Virus record (IMG/VR): IMGVR_UViG_3300049830_000285
Span: 64,001 to 128,000 of that record
Reading direction: 5' to 3' (one strand)
DNA: 64,000 nucleotides
Source: a virus
Below are positions 56,774-64,000 of this stretch, in pieces. The notes below the pieces were generated by a model. It made no database searches and had not been told where the DNA came from. It worked only from the letters and a program-made list of their open reading frames with translations. How positions within the stretch are numbered: position 1 is the stretch's first letter; each line of letters begins with the position of its first letter. Both the position numbers and the translations under genes were made by a program.

Positions 56774-58108
56774 TTAAGCTGCGCTTTTAACCCAGATTTC
56801 TAGCATATCGCCGTCAACACCATTATCAGATGCGATAGAGATAGCAGACAAGGTGATACCAGTAATCGCGGTGGCACCAATCGCAAATCGAGTACCAACA
56901 GAAGAGCCAACTGGAATAGTAACAGTCTGAAGACTGGTAGTTAAATCAGCTTTTTGCACAACAAGTGTCGCAATAATTTCATCTGTAGTGGCTGCACTAC
57001 CATTTCCAACAATTCTGACTTCAAGATTTGAATTTAATGAAATACCACACATAGTAGTTTGAGTGAAAGCTAGTGCTGTTGTGCCCATAGTAATAGCCGC
57101 GTTAGTGGACATATAGAACTTTTTAGAGCCATTTGTTGAACCAGATGTGACATAAACTGCCATTCCATATGATACTTCGGTTGCTGATGAAGCGTCTGCA
57201 TCAGTAGCTCGCACAAGCATCCAGGGTACTGATGCACTTCCGATACTGGCAACTACATATACACCATTTTGGAACGCAGAAGCTTGGTCTTTAACCAACA
57301 GTCTGTCTCCAGCAGCTAAGGTGATACCATCTTGCGCAGCCAATGCTGCGTTTCCGCCAGCAGTCAGGGTCGCGCCAACGCCAGCAGTACCATTAGCATA
57401 GGTGGGAGTGTTGGGAAGAACTCCAGTTGTTGCTGCTTTGGCATCTGTAACATCATGAACAGTGGTGAGAGTGGCAGGCCAAGCTCCGCTGGCTTTTGTA
57501 ACTGTTCCTACTTTAACAATTAATTCTTCTACCATTTGGTCGCGCCACAACTTTCTAAACCCCGATGTGAAAAACGGGTCATTAACGCCAGTTGAGGTTG
57601 CGTTCCATTTGTCTCTGAATTTCTTGCTGGAATAAGCGGCTTTAGAATATGTTTCAAGCGCTGTGCAGCAAGCTTTCATGACTGGCTGAACATCAGATGT
57701 CATTTTCTTTTCAACTGTGCGAAAAGATGATGCGAGAGCGGCGGCATTATCATATTCAGTTGACACCATGTTAGTATTTACTGTTTGTCGTGCGTTAGCG
57801 ATTGTTGTAAGTGCATCAATGCCACCCGCCACCGTTCCTAACACCGATGTATAACCTGTACCCAAATCAGTTGTGATACTTAAAACTTTTGTTTTGTCGT
57901 CAAGAGCCATAATACTTACCTCGAAGTCCATTGCCTGTACTTCGTTCTTAATAGTTTCTTCTGGAATTTCTGACAAAGCCCCTACTGACGGCTCAACCAT
58001 TTTTTCTACTGTTTTTGCAGGGCTTTCAACAGCTTTTACTTTCTTATCTTGAATAACAGGTGTAGATTCCTCGTTTTCTTCTGGTGTGATTTTCTTTTCG
58101 TCTGCCAT
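56774..58108 (-). CDS. Probable virion protein carrying the RLLVKDQ..NGVY module
   Basis: Acidic N-terminus, helical middle, then DGITLAAGDRLLVKDQASAFQNGVY..RATDAD; GAGG SD. Confidence 0.65.
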   Translation of the reverse strand: MADEKKITPEENEESTPVIQDKKVKAVESPAKTVEKMVEPSVGALSEIPEETIKNEVQAMDFEVSIMALDDKTKVLSITTDLGTGYTSVLGTVAGGIDALTTIANARQTVNTNMVSTEYDNAAALASSFRTVEKKMTSDVQPVMKACCTALETYSKAAYSSKKFRDKWNATSTGVNDPFFTSGFRKLWRDQMVEELIVKVGTVTKASGAWPATLTTVHDVTDAKAATTGVLPNTPTYANGTAGVGATLTAGGNAALAAQDGITLAAGDRLLVKDQASAFQNGVYVVASIGSASVPWMLVRATDADASSATEVSYGMAVYVTSGSTNGSKKFYMSTNAAITMGTTALAFTQTTMCGISLNSNLEVRIVGNGSAATTDEIIATLVVQKADLTTSLQTVTIPVGSSVGTRFAIGATAITGITLSAISIASDNGVDGDMLEIWVKSAA

Positions 58109-58133
58109 GATGCCCTCAAGATATGTTTAAAAT

Positions 58134-58172
58134 AAAAAAGCCCAGGAACCTGTTGGTTCCTGGGCTTTTCTT
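58134..58172. terminator. Intrinsic terminator, possibly bidirectional
   Basis: aaaagcccaggaacc-tgtt-ggttcctgggctttt: 15-bp stem with A/T tracts on both sides, just downstream of ORF 58181-58495. Confidence 0.85.
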
Positions 58173-58180
58173 TGTTTTTC

Positions 58181-58495
58181 TTAGTGTCCGCCGCGTCCAC
58201 CTGAGCCAGCGTTTCCGCCGTTATTTCCACCAAAGCCACCATTATTTCCGCCGAAACCGCCATTGTTTCCGCTTCCAAATCCTCCACCGCCGAATCCGTT
58301 GTTGCGATTACCCATTCGAGATAAGCTTGTTGGTTCGGGAGACATGTCAAATGTATATTTGCCAGATAAAATCATAGCAATCAATTGCGGGTCTGCGCTT
58401 CGGATGATGATTTTTCGAGTAACCTTACCATCTTGTGCAAATGCTGATGCTGCTAAAATAGCAGATAGTGTGAGAATTGTGAAAAGTTTTTTCAT
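58181..58495 (-). CDS. Small secreted protein with Gly/Asn-rich tail
   Basis: Signal peptide MKKLFTILTLSAILAASAFA|Q; C-terminal GGNNGGF repeats. Confidence 0.7.
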   Translation of the reverse strand: MKKLFTILTLSAILAASAFAQDGKVTRKIIIRSADPQLIAMILSGKYTFDMSPEPTSLSRMGNRNNGFGGGGFGSGNNGGFGGNNGGFGGNNGGNAGSGGRGGH

Positions 58496-58533
58496 GTTAT
58501 TGTTCTTTTTTACACGTGTTGTGTTGTTTTCCT

Positions 58534-58941
58534 TTAGAGTAATTTTAATTCTCCAGTGACTTCATTAATGCGGTGAGCGTAGTTTGGGCCAATAGCTAAA
58601 CAAGTATATGTTGGCACTCCATCGAATTCTGTTCTGCCAGCATCTAAAATCAAATGTACGCGCAACCCCTTTTCTTTTGCTCGTTCATAGATTTGATGCA
58701 ACTCTTCTTCGCTTTCTACCCGGACGCATACTTTTGTAAATGCATCTGTTAGCCAAGCTCGTTCTTCGGAATCAAATTCGATTGTTTTAGCTTGTTTTCC
58801 GTTTTTACGAAATCCAACTTTGTCAGATAAAAAACTCAAGCTAGCATGTGCGCCTTGGGCTACCATTTTGCCCTTACGCATATTCAGGTCATTGCGCATC
58901 ACGATAACCTGTTTAACTTCTAAACCTGGTGTTTCACCCAT
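58534..58941 (-). CDS. pth2: Peptidyl-tRNA hydrolase, Pth2 type
   Basis: KQVIVMRNDLNMRKGKMVAQGAHA, KVCVRV, DAGRTEF, TCLAIGP, VTGELKLL. Confidence 0.92.
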   Translation of the reverse strand: MGETPGLEVKQVIVMRNDLNMRKGKMVAQGAHASLSFLSDKVGFRKNGKQAKTIEFDSEERAWLTDAFTKVCVRVESEEELHQIYERAKEKGLRVHLILDAGRTEFDGVPTYTCLAIGPNYAHRINEVTGELKLL

Positions 58942-58943
58942 TA

Positions 58944-59270
58944 CTATTTCCTTTTCTTTCGTTCTTTCGAATTGTTAGACGAGCCACCCTGCGGTGTGTT
59001 TTGCTCATATTTTCTTCCAGTGATGTGTTGCTCGCTGTCAAGCCACCCAAGCCATTGCTTAACTTGAGAATACGCCCCACTATCAAACAAATATTGAATC
59101 ATCACAACCTTTTCGTTGTATTCGGTTCGTCGCTCCTTACTCCATCGGTTGGCGTTTTCTTTTTTACTAACCGAACCAAGGGTGAAAATTTTGTTCATTT
59201 CAGCAGCGGCGAGTTTTCTATCAATTGATGCGTCGGATTGATAGTTTCCGTTTTTTGTATTTTTAGCCAT
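58944..59270 (-). CDS. Basic hypothetical protein
   Basis: 108 aa coupled to neighbours. Confidence 0.55.
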   Translation of the reverse strand: MAKNTKNGNYQSDASIDRKLAAAEMNKIFTLGSVSKKENANRWSKERRTEYNEKVVMIQYLFDSGAYSQVKQWLGWLDSEQHITGRKYEQNTPQGGSSNNSKERKKRK

Positions 59271-60255
59271 AGATTAAACCGTGTAGTTGTTCTGCCTGTT
59301 CCATGATAACATTTCCAAGCTCTAATTCTTGCAATAACAGGACTGGTAATGATTGTACACCATTTTGCGTGCCAATTAGCTGTCCTGTGATACTTCCTGT
59401 AGAATCTGAATCTCCACTGTGATTTACAGCATTAATTATCGCGTCTAAAAAGGTGTCATTTTTCAAAGCACAATAGATACTCATAGCTAGTGCTTCATCT
59501 CCAGTCCATCCTTCTCCAATGTCGCTGAAATGCTCATGATTAAATTTGCTATCCAATGCATGTAATTCTTGAGCTAATTCCCATAATTTTATTGTTCCGC
59601 AGCTATTTTCTTCTTTCTTAATAAAATCAAAAGTGTCAGATTGTGCAATTTCAAATGTTTTATTATGATGGGTTATTAACGAAATCATTCGAGCAAGTGC
59701 CCCAGCGGGAATAAATCCATCAACATCGTGGTGGGTGACAAGAGCACACATCTTACCAGCACAATAAGCTTCATCTGGGTCATTGAGGGTTAATCCAATA
59801 GGTGCAGAACGCATTACGCCACCACAACCTTTACTTCTATTGTTAATGGTTATTCCCGTGTCTTTTAGTTGTTTTAGCGACCCAAGGCAGGTTAGTCCCG
59901 GCGCTCTTTGTGACCAAAGTTCTTTATGTTGCATGATTTTTAAACGAGCGGCACCATCATAATCATTTTCTTGAGTTTCAAGCCAATATAAATATGCCTG
60001 TGTTAAAATCACTTCAAATGGAATGCTTTGTCTAGATTGAAAAAATTGGCACAATGCATCAACGGTAAACATTGTCATCTGGGTGTCGTCAGTGATGGCA
60101 CCTTTTCTACCATAGGCAAAATCAAAATCTTGAATACCTTTTTCGCCATAAGCATGTTTTATGGCTCCCCATTTCATAAACTCAACCGGGGCACCCAAGG
60201 CATCTCCGATAGCGCCGCCAGCCAAACATCCTTGAAAGCGCTCTAATGTGGTCAT
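59263..60255 (-). CDS. ADP-ribosylglycohydrolase (DraG/ARH family)
   Basis: GCLAGGAIGDALGAPVEF, TDDTQMT, GCGGVMRSAPIG, GDSDSTGSITGQLIG; start set at ATG 60255. Confidence 0.92.
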   Translation of the reverse strand: MTTLERFQGCLAGGAIGDALGAPVEFMKWGAIKHAYGEKGIQDFDFAYGRKGAITDDTQMTMFTVDALCQFFQSRQSIPFEVILTQAYLYWLETQENDYDGAARLKIMQHKELWSQRAPGLTCLGSLKQLKDTGITINNRSKGCGGVMRSAPIGLTLNDPDEAYCAGKMCALVTHHDVDGFIPAGALARMISLITHHNKTFEIAQSDTFDFIKKEENSCGTIKLWELAQELHALDSKFNHEHFSDIGEGWTGDEALAMSIYCALKNDTFLDAIINAVNHSGDSDSTGSITGQLIGTQNGVQSLPVLLLQELELGNVIMEQAEQLHGLIYG

Positions 60256-60261
60256 GTGTAT

Positions 60262-60271
60262 ATTATACTCT
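60262..60271 (-). promoter_or_regulatory. -10 box (AGAG-TATAAT) 6 nt upstream of ATG: leaderless-type promoter
   Basis: agagTATAATatacacATG; same arrangement at 60863-60872. Confidence 0.55.
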
Positions 60272-60274
60272 ATA

Positions 60275-60856
60275 TTAAAATCCTCTAGCTTTCCTAGCAT
60301 GGTGCAGTAGACTTCTGGCTGCCTCTTCTGCTTCTTCTGGCTTTAAAGCCATCCAAGAAATGGTTTGCGAGAAATCAGTTACAACACAACCGTCTTCATG
60401 ACCTATTCTCCATTTGAAATCCTGCGATGGCGCTGCTTGCTGTGTGGTTTCGGATTCATAAAATGGAACAAATTCACCGACAATAAAGGAGGATATCTTC
60501 CCGAGATTCATGTATTTTTTGTCTGCCTTCGGTAAAACAACAATAGCTAACACAGAGTCGTCTAACGGCTGAATTCTCAACGAGTGCTCTCCGCTAATGA
60601 TTTCATATTCAAAACCAGTTTCGCCAATGACTTTACTCCAATGCTGCCCGTGGCTTATGTGTAATTCACACATACCTGAAATAATTTTCACAGCAAAATT
60701 ATTCATCCAATCCCATGATTGAATTTTATCAATTTTATGAAGTTCTAACACCCAATCATCAACGACGCAATGAACAGAACTCGTGCCGCATGAAATCCAC
60801 TTGCCCTTTAATAGCCGTGGCATATCATTTTCCAGTTTACGCAAAGCGTTAAGCAT
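60275..60856 (-). CDS. Hypothetical protein
   Basis: Start set at ATG 60856 after agagTATAATaacatc. Confidence 0.6.
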   Translation of the reverse strand: MLNALRKLENDMPRLLKGKWISCGTSSVHCVVDDWVLELHKIDKIQSWDWMNNFAVKIISGMCELHISHGQHWSKVIGETGFEYEIISGEHSLRIQPLDDSVLAIVVLPKADKKYMNLGKISSFIVGEFVPFYESETTQQAAPSQDFKWRIGHEDGCVVTDFSQTISWMALKPEEAEEAARSLLHHARKARGF

Positions 60857-60862
60857 GATGTT

Positions 60863-60872
60863 ATTATACTCT
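60863..60872 (-). promoter_or_regulatory. -10 box (AGAG-TATAAT) 6 nt upstream of ATG, with TTGATA 18 nt further upstream
   Basis: ttgata-N18-TATAATaacatcATG on the minus strand. Confidence 0.55.
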
Positions 60873-60907
60873 TTCCTCAAACTGTATATCAAATGTGGTA
60901 AGAAAAA

Positions 60908-61492
60908 ATGCTTCAAATAGGTATCACTGGCGGAATTGCATGCGGAAAAAGCACAATTCTAGAACAAATCAGCTCACTTGGATACTCCGTCTTTTCATCT
61001 GACGCCGCTTTTAAGGCTATTTTTGACACCGCAGAGGTACAAGAGTGGCTGAAAGAGCAAATAACCCAACGCAAGGGAGAAGATGGCTGGAAAGAGTATC
61101 AAGAAGTTGGTAAAACCATGATTCGATATTTGGTACTAAGCGACCCACAATTTAAAACCGATTACGAAAGTTTTGTTCACCCGATGATTCGTAAAGCAAT
61201 GATTGAAGCCAATGCAGATGTTTCAGAGGTTCCGTTATTATTTGAGACTAGCGGAGAGTCATGCTTTAGGCATATTTGGGTTGTGGCGTGTGACCCGGAA
61301 ACTCAAATATCAAGATTGATGGAGCGCATGTCTTGCAATCGAGATTATGCTCTTGCTTGGATAAACAAACAAATGTCGCTTCGAGACAAAATAGAAAGAG
61401 CAACTCGTGTCATTTACACTGATGAAACGCCCGATAAGGTTTTTGAAATAGTTAAACAATCATTGGCTGAAGATTTAACAATGGTAGGTTAA
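60908..61492 (+). CDS. coaE: Dephospho-CoA kinase-like P-loop kinase
   Basis: IGITGGIACGKST, FVHPMIR, EVPLLFE, WVVACDPETQISRLMER, KQMSL.DK. Confidence 0.85.
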   Translation: MLQIGITGGIACGKSTILEQISSLGYSVFSSDAAFKAIFDTAEVQEWLKEQITQRKGEDGWKEYQEVGKTMIRYLVLSDPQFKTDYESFVHPMIRKAMIEANADVSEVPLLFETSGESCFRHIWVVACDPETQISRLMERMSCNRDYALAWINKQMSLRDKIERATRVIYTDETPDKVFEIVKQSLAEDLTMVG

Positions 61493-61918
61493 GCCAAGCT
61501 CTTTGAAAATAACTCGATTACGTTCATGGGTTTCTGCTCTGATTTTTTCAGCATTTTTAGGATAATTTTCTCCATCATTTCTGCACTCCCACAATTCTGC
61601 ATGACATCGGTCACAATTTGTTCTGCACCAGCCGCCGTTTCTCCATGTGCCCTCTAAGCCACAATCTTCGCAAATTTCACCAGACTGTTTTTCCGCATCA
61701 CTAATCAAAGCACTAAATTTTTTATCTACATCAACCGCGCTCGATGCATAAAATCTCAAGGTGCCAAATTTTTCCTTTACTTGCAAAACGGAATATGTTG
61801 GGTCGAGCTTAATTAATTCAATGTGTAATCTAGCTACCAATGGTAGCCATCCATCACCTACGCCGCTCCAACATGCATCATTGCCTATGTTGGGTTCTAA
61901 AAAATGTAAAGTTTTCAT
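61475..61918 (-). CDS. Conserved phage-type hypothetical protein (QVKEKFG.LRFY motif, C-terminal CxxC pair)
   Basis: GDGWLPLV..QVKEKFGTLRFY..CEDCG..CDRC; start set at ATG 61918. Confidence 0.6.
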   Translation of the reverse strand: MKTLHFLEPNIGNDACWSGVGDGWLPLVARLHIELIKLDPTYSVLQVKEKFGTLRFYASSAVDVDKKFSALISDAEKQSGEICEDCGLEGTWRNGGWCRTNCDRCHAELWECRNDGENYPKNAEKIRAETHERNRVIFKELGLTYHC

Positions 61919-61925
61919 GTTTGCT

Positions 61926-62327
61926 CTAAAATATGACAATATCCTCTGGGTGGTCAACAACGATTCCGTTATCTTCTTCAATTGGAATAAAATCCTGCTC
62001 TTCTGGTTCCACTGGCTTCATCACTGCTTTGGTGCGCTTCTTGGGGGTTGGTAATAATGCCGGGTCTGGAATATATCGAATATCTGTAATAGCTGATGTT
62101 GGCATTAAATTTGTTTTGAAACTTTTTGCAATCAACTCAGCTTGCTTAATGTCAGAAAATACACCGAGTGTTCTTCCATCCCATGTTTTCACAACGTATT
62201 TATTATCTATTTGGCAAATCTCCAAATAGATGCCCAGCGCATTGGTGGTGGCTACCTTAGTAGCATTAGACATATTTCTTGCTGTCGCAGATGTTGCGTT
62301 CCAGCCTCTTGGATTTACTTTTCTCAT
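61926..62327 (-). CDS. Hypothetical protein
   Basis: Start set at ATG 62327, 2 nt after the upstream stop. Confidence 0.5.
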   Translation of the reverse strand: MRKVNPRGWNATSATARNMSNATKVATTNALGIYLEICQIDNKYVVKTWDGRTLGVFSDIKQAELIAKSFKTNLMPTSAITDIRYIPDPALLPTPKKRTKAVMKPVEPEEQDFIPIEEDNGIVVDHPEDIVIF

Positions 62328-62329
62328 TA

Positions 62330-62638
62330 TTATGCCACAGTTGTAGTATTCGCCCAAGCTCCAGCAAAGAACATAGCCCCGACTCCGGTTGTTGTGCTTG
62401 CACTCACCATTGTAATCGTCATAGATGTTGTTGTACAAGCTGTGTGAGTGACAGCGTATGTGTTGCCATTTCGCTGCGCCCATCTGTCATCTGTAATAAT
62501 ACCATCTTTAACAACGCGACAGTGTTCATGATTGCAATTCGGACAGTTTAAAACATGATTGCCGTTAAGCTCCATATCAATTTCGAACTGTACGTATTTA
62601 TCACAATTGTGACACCAAAGCTCTTGCTTCTCATTCAT
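62330..62638 (-). CDS. Small zinc-finger protein with Thr-rich tail
   Basis: WCHNC..CPNCNHEHCR; tgcTATACT 7 nt upstream of ATG 62638. Confidence 0.6.
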   Translation of the reverse strand: MNEKQELWCHNCDKYVQFEIDMELNGNHVLNCPNCNHEHCRVVKDGIITDDRWAQRNGNTYAVTHTACTTTSMTITMVSASTTTGVGAMFFAGAWANTTTVA

Positions 62639-62684
62639 ACACAAAAGTATAGCACATAATGAGGAAAAACGAGTAAGCATTCGC

Positions 62685-63479
62685 TTACTCGTTTGCGGTT
62701 AGTTCATGCATTCTAGATTTACGCCTCGCGTCACAATCTATATGCCTTTCTACATTCCAGTGCTCTGGAAGATACTGCGGATTCATAACACTCACAAAAT
62801 GTTCTCTCCACATTTTGGTGAACTCATTATAGTCCTGAATATTACTTACTGCTTCTTTCCAAACAGCAGCGGAATGGTATCCGCCGAATCGCTCATTTGC
62901 CAACTGTGCCACAATATCATCATTGAAGTCACCAGCATACTCTTCAATACGCAACATTAATCGCAGCGCACTGTCATCGGGAATTTTGTCAGCATATCTA
63001 ATCAAAGTCTTTGCTGCTTTAATTGCTCGAATATGAGTAACATCCTCTTCTTCCATTGATGTTACATTGGTGCCGCATACTAACTTCTTTTTCAATTCGG
63101 TAGCATGTACTTCATATAATTCGTGACAATCACGACATACCAATAAGACATCATGCGAATCATATCGCTTAAGATACGAAGGGAAGTGCTTTCGAAAACA
63201 TCTGGGTAAAGCGTGATGCTTGGTTAAATCACTCTGAATTCCACAAACAACACAAACATTTTCTTTTTCAGCAAGATAGTAGTCGTCGTTGTAATTTCCT
63301 AATCCATTAGGTTCAAACAAAAGCTGAATTGTATGCGGGTCAGAGCTAACAACTTTTGCAAGCCCCCTTTCAACATACCAATCCACCCTTTTCTTGCCCA
63401 TTCTGCACATGAAAACTCCCTCAGGAGATAACATTTTGCAATTTGAGTAAGCAGGCGTTCTCAACGTCTGTAAATGCAC
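62685..63479 (-). CDS. HNH-like Zn-binding nuclease domain protein resembling the EXD2 C-terminal domain
   Basis: NCKMLSPEG..WYV.RG..LLFEP.G..KENVCVVCG..FRKHFP..SHDVLLVC..CH..MWREHF..LPEHW.V. Confidence 0.7.
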   Translation of the reverse strand: MHLQTLRTPAYSNCKMLSPEGVFMCRMGKKRVDWYVERGLAKVVSSDPHTIQLLFEPNGLGNYNDDYYLAEKENVCVVCGIQSDLTKHHALPRCFRKHFPSYLKRYDSHDVLLVCRDCHELYEVHATELKKKLVCGTNVTSMEEEDVTHIRAIKAAKTLIRYADKIPDDSALRLMLRIEEYAGDFNDDIVAQLANERFGGYHSAAVWKEAVSNIQDYNEFTKMWREHFVSVMNPQYLPEHWNVERHIDCDARRKSRMHELTANE

Positions 63480-63500
63480 GATAACTCATTATATCCAAAT

Positions 63501-63983
63501 TTATTTGTTTTTTCGCTTGTTTGTTGCAGAAGCTGCTTTCTTTTTCTTTTTTATTGCGACAGAACGTGCAGATTGGGCAGAAGGAATTTTTGCTTTTATG
63601 TCTGCTTTTGTAGTTTCCAGCTTTGCTTTTTGTGCTGGAGTGGCACTTTTTCGCAATCCACTTGTTTGCTCGGGTGGGTTTTCAGCCTTGTCTTTAAACT
63701 CAGCCATTGTTTCTTTGCTGTCAGCAATGTCTTGCGCATCTTTTAATTTTCCAACCAAACTATTTGCTTCTCCAGCAAAATTGCCAATTACTTTCTTGTG
63801 AGCATCCGTTACCATTCCATGAAGCATGGCATCTCGCGTGACTTGCTTTAGTTCCTCGGAAGGCGGCTTGGCATTTCCATCACTAATCATTCGACGCGCT
63901 TCATCAGTGGACACAAAGAGTAAGCCGCTGACTTGATGACCATAAACAGGTGGTTCTGGCGGCGCAGTTGGTCGAGCGGGCAT
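63501..63983 (-). CDS. Hypothetical protein with Lys/Ala-rich C-terminus
   Basis: 160 aa ending KKKKKAASATNKRKNK. Confidence 0.6.
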   Translation of the reverse strand: MPARPTAPPEPPVYGHQVSGLLFVSTDEARRMISDGNAKPPSEELKQVTRDAMLHGMVTDAHKKVIGNFAGEANSLVGKLKDAQDIADSKETMAEFKDKAENPPEQTSGLRKSATPAQKAKLETTKADIKAKIPSAQSARSVAIKKKKKAASATNKRKNK

Positions 63984-64000
63984 AACATCTGGTGTTTTTA

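Noticed and set aside
1404-63801. Many 60-210 aa antisense or alternate-frame ORFs in the track (e.g. 1562-2203, 16575-17027, 22101-22604, 42470-43054)
   Set aside because: They lie fully within longer motif-bearing genes, lack family motifs and look like shadow ORFs.
1-64000. Alternative genetic code (stop reassignment seen in some large phages)
   Set aside because: ORFs up to 2874 aa are open in code 11, and TAG (20961, 31330, 40390), TGA (20595) and TAA each end genes directly before the next start.

Overview
AT-rich, densely coded 64 kb segment that reads as part of a large (jumbo-like) tailed dsDNA phage genome in the standard genetic code (TAA, TAG and TGA all end long ORFs). No capsid, terminase, polymerase, integrase, tRNA or CRISPR array is recognisable here, and all family calls are motif recognition by eye, not database searches. 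Left (1-11.1 kb, mostly minus strand): a partial Mu gp36/DUF1320-like head-tail adaptor, a degenerate PHP-fold protein, a divergent T4 Rnl1-type RNA ligase, a three-gene glycosyltransferase cluster and zinc-ribbon proteins. Centre (11.2-56 kb, mostly plus strand): a virion/tail block with six proteins of 1000-2900 aa built from shuffled and nested adhesin-type modules (SwmB-like repeats, PA14, vWA, Asp-box/NHL propellers, and an unnamed RxLVKxQ...NGxY module in 8 copies). It is interrupted by a class II CCA-adding enzyme with a LAGLIDADG intein inside its RRD motif. Right (56-64 kb, mostly minus strand): histidine phosphatase, a small secreted Gly/Asn-rich protein, Pth2, ADP-ribosylglycohydrolase, dephospho-CoA kinase and a stand-alone homologue of the EXD2 HNH-like domain. 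Best leads: the intein-split CCA enzyme within a tRNA/translation-rescue toolkit, a recurring K/R-x-A/S motif suggesting processed virion cargo, nested domain insertion in the giant tail proteins, and widespread leaderless-type promoters.
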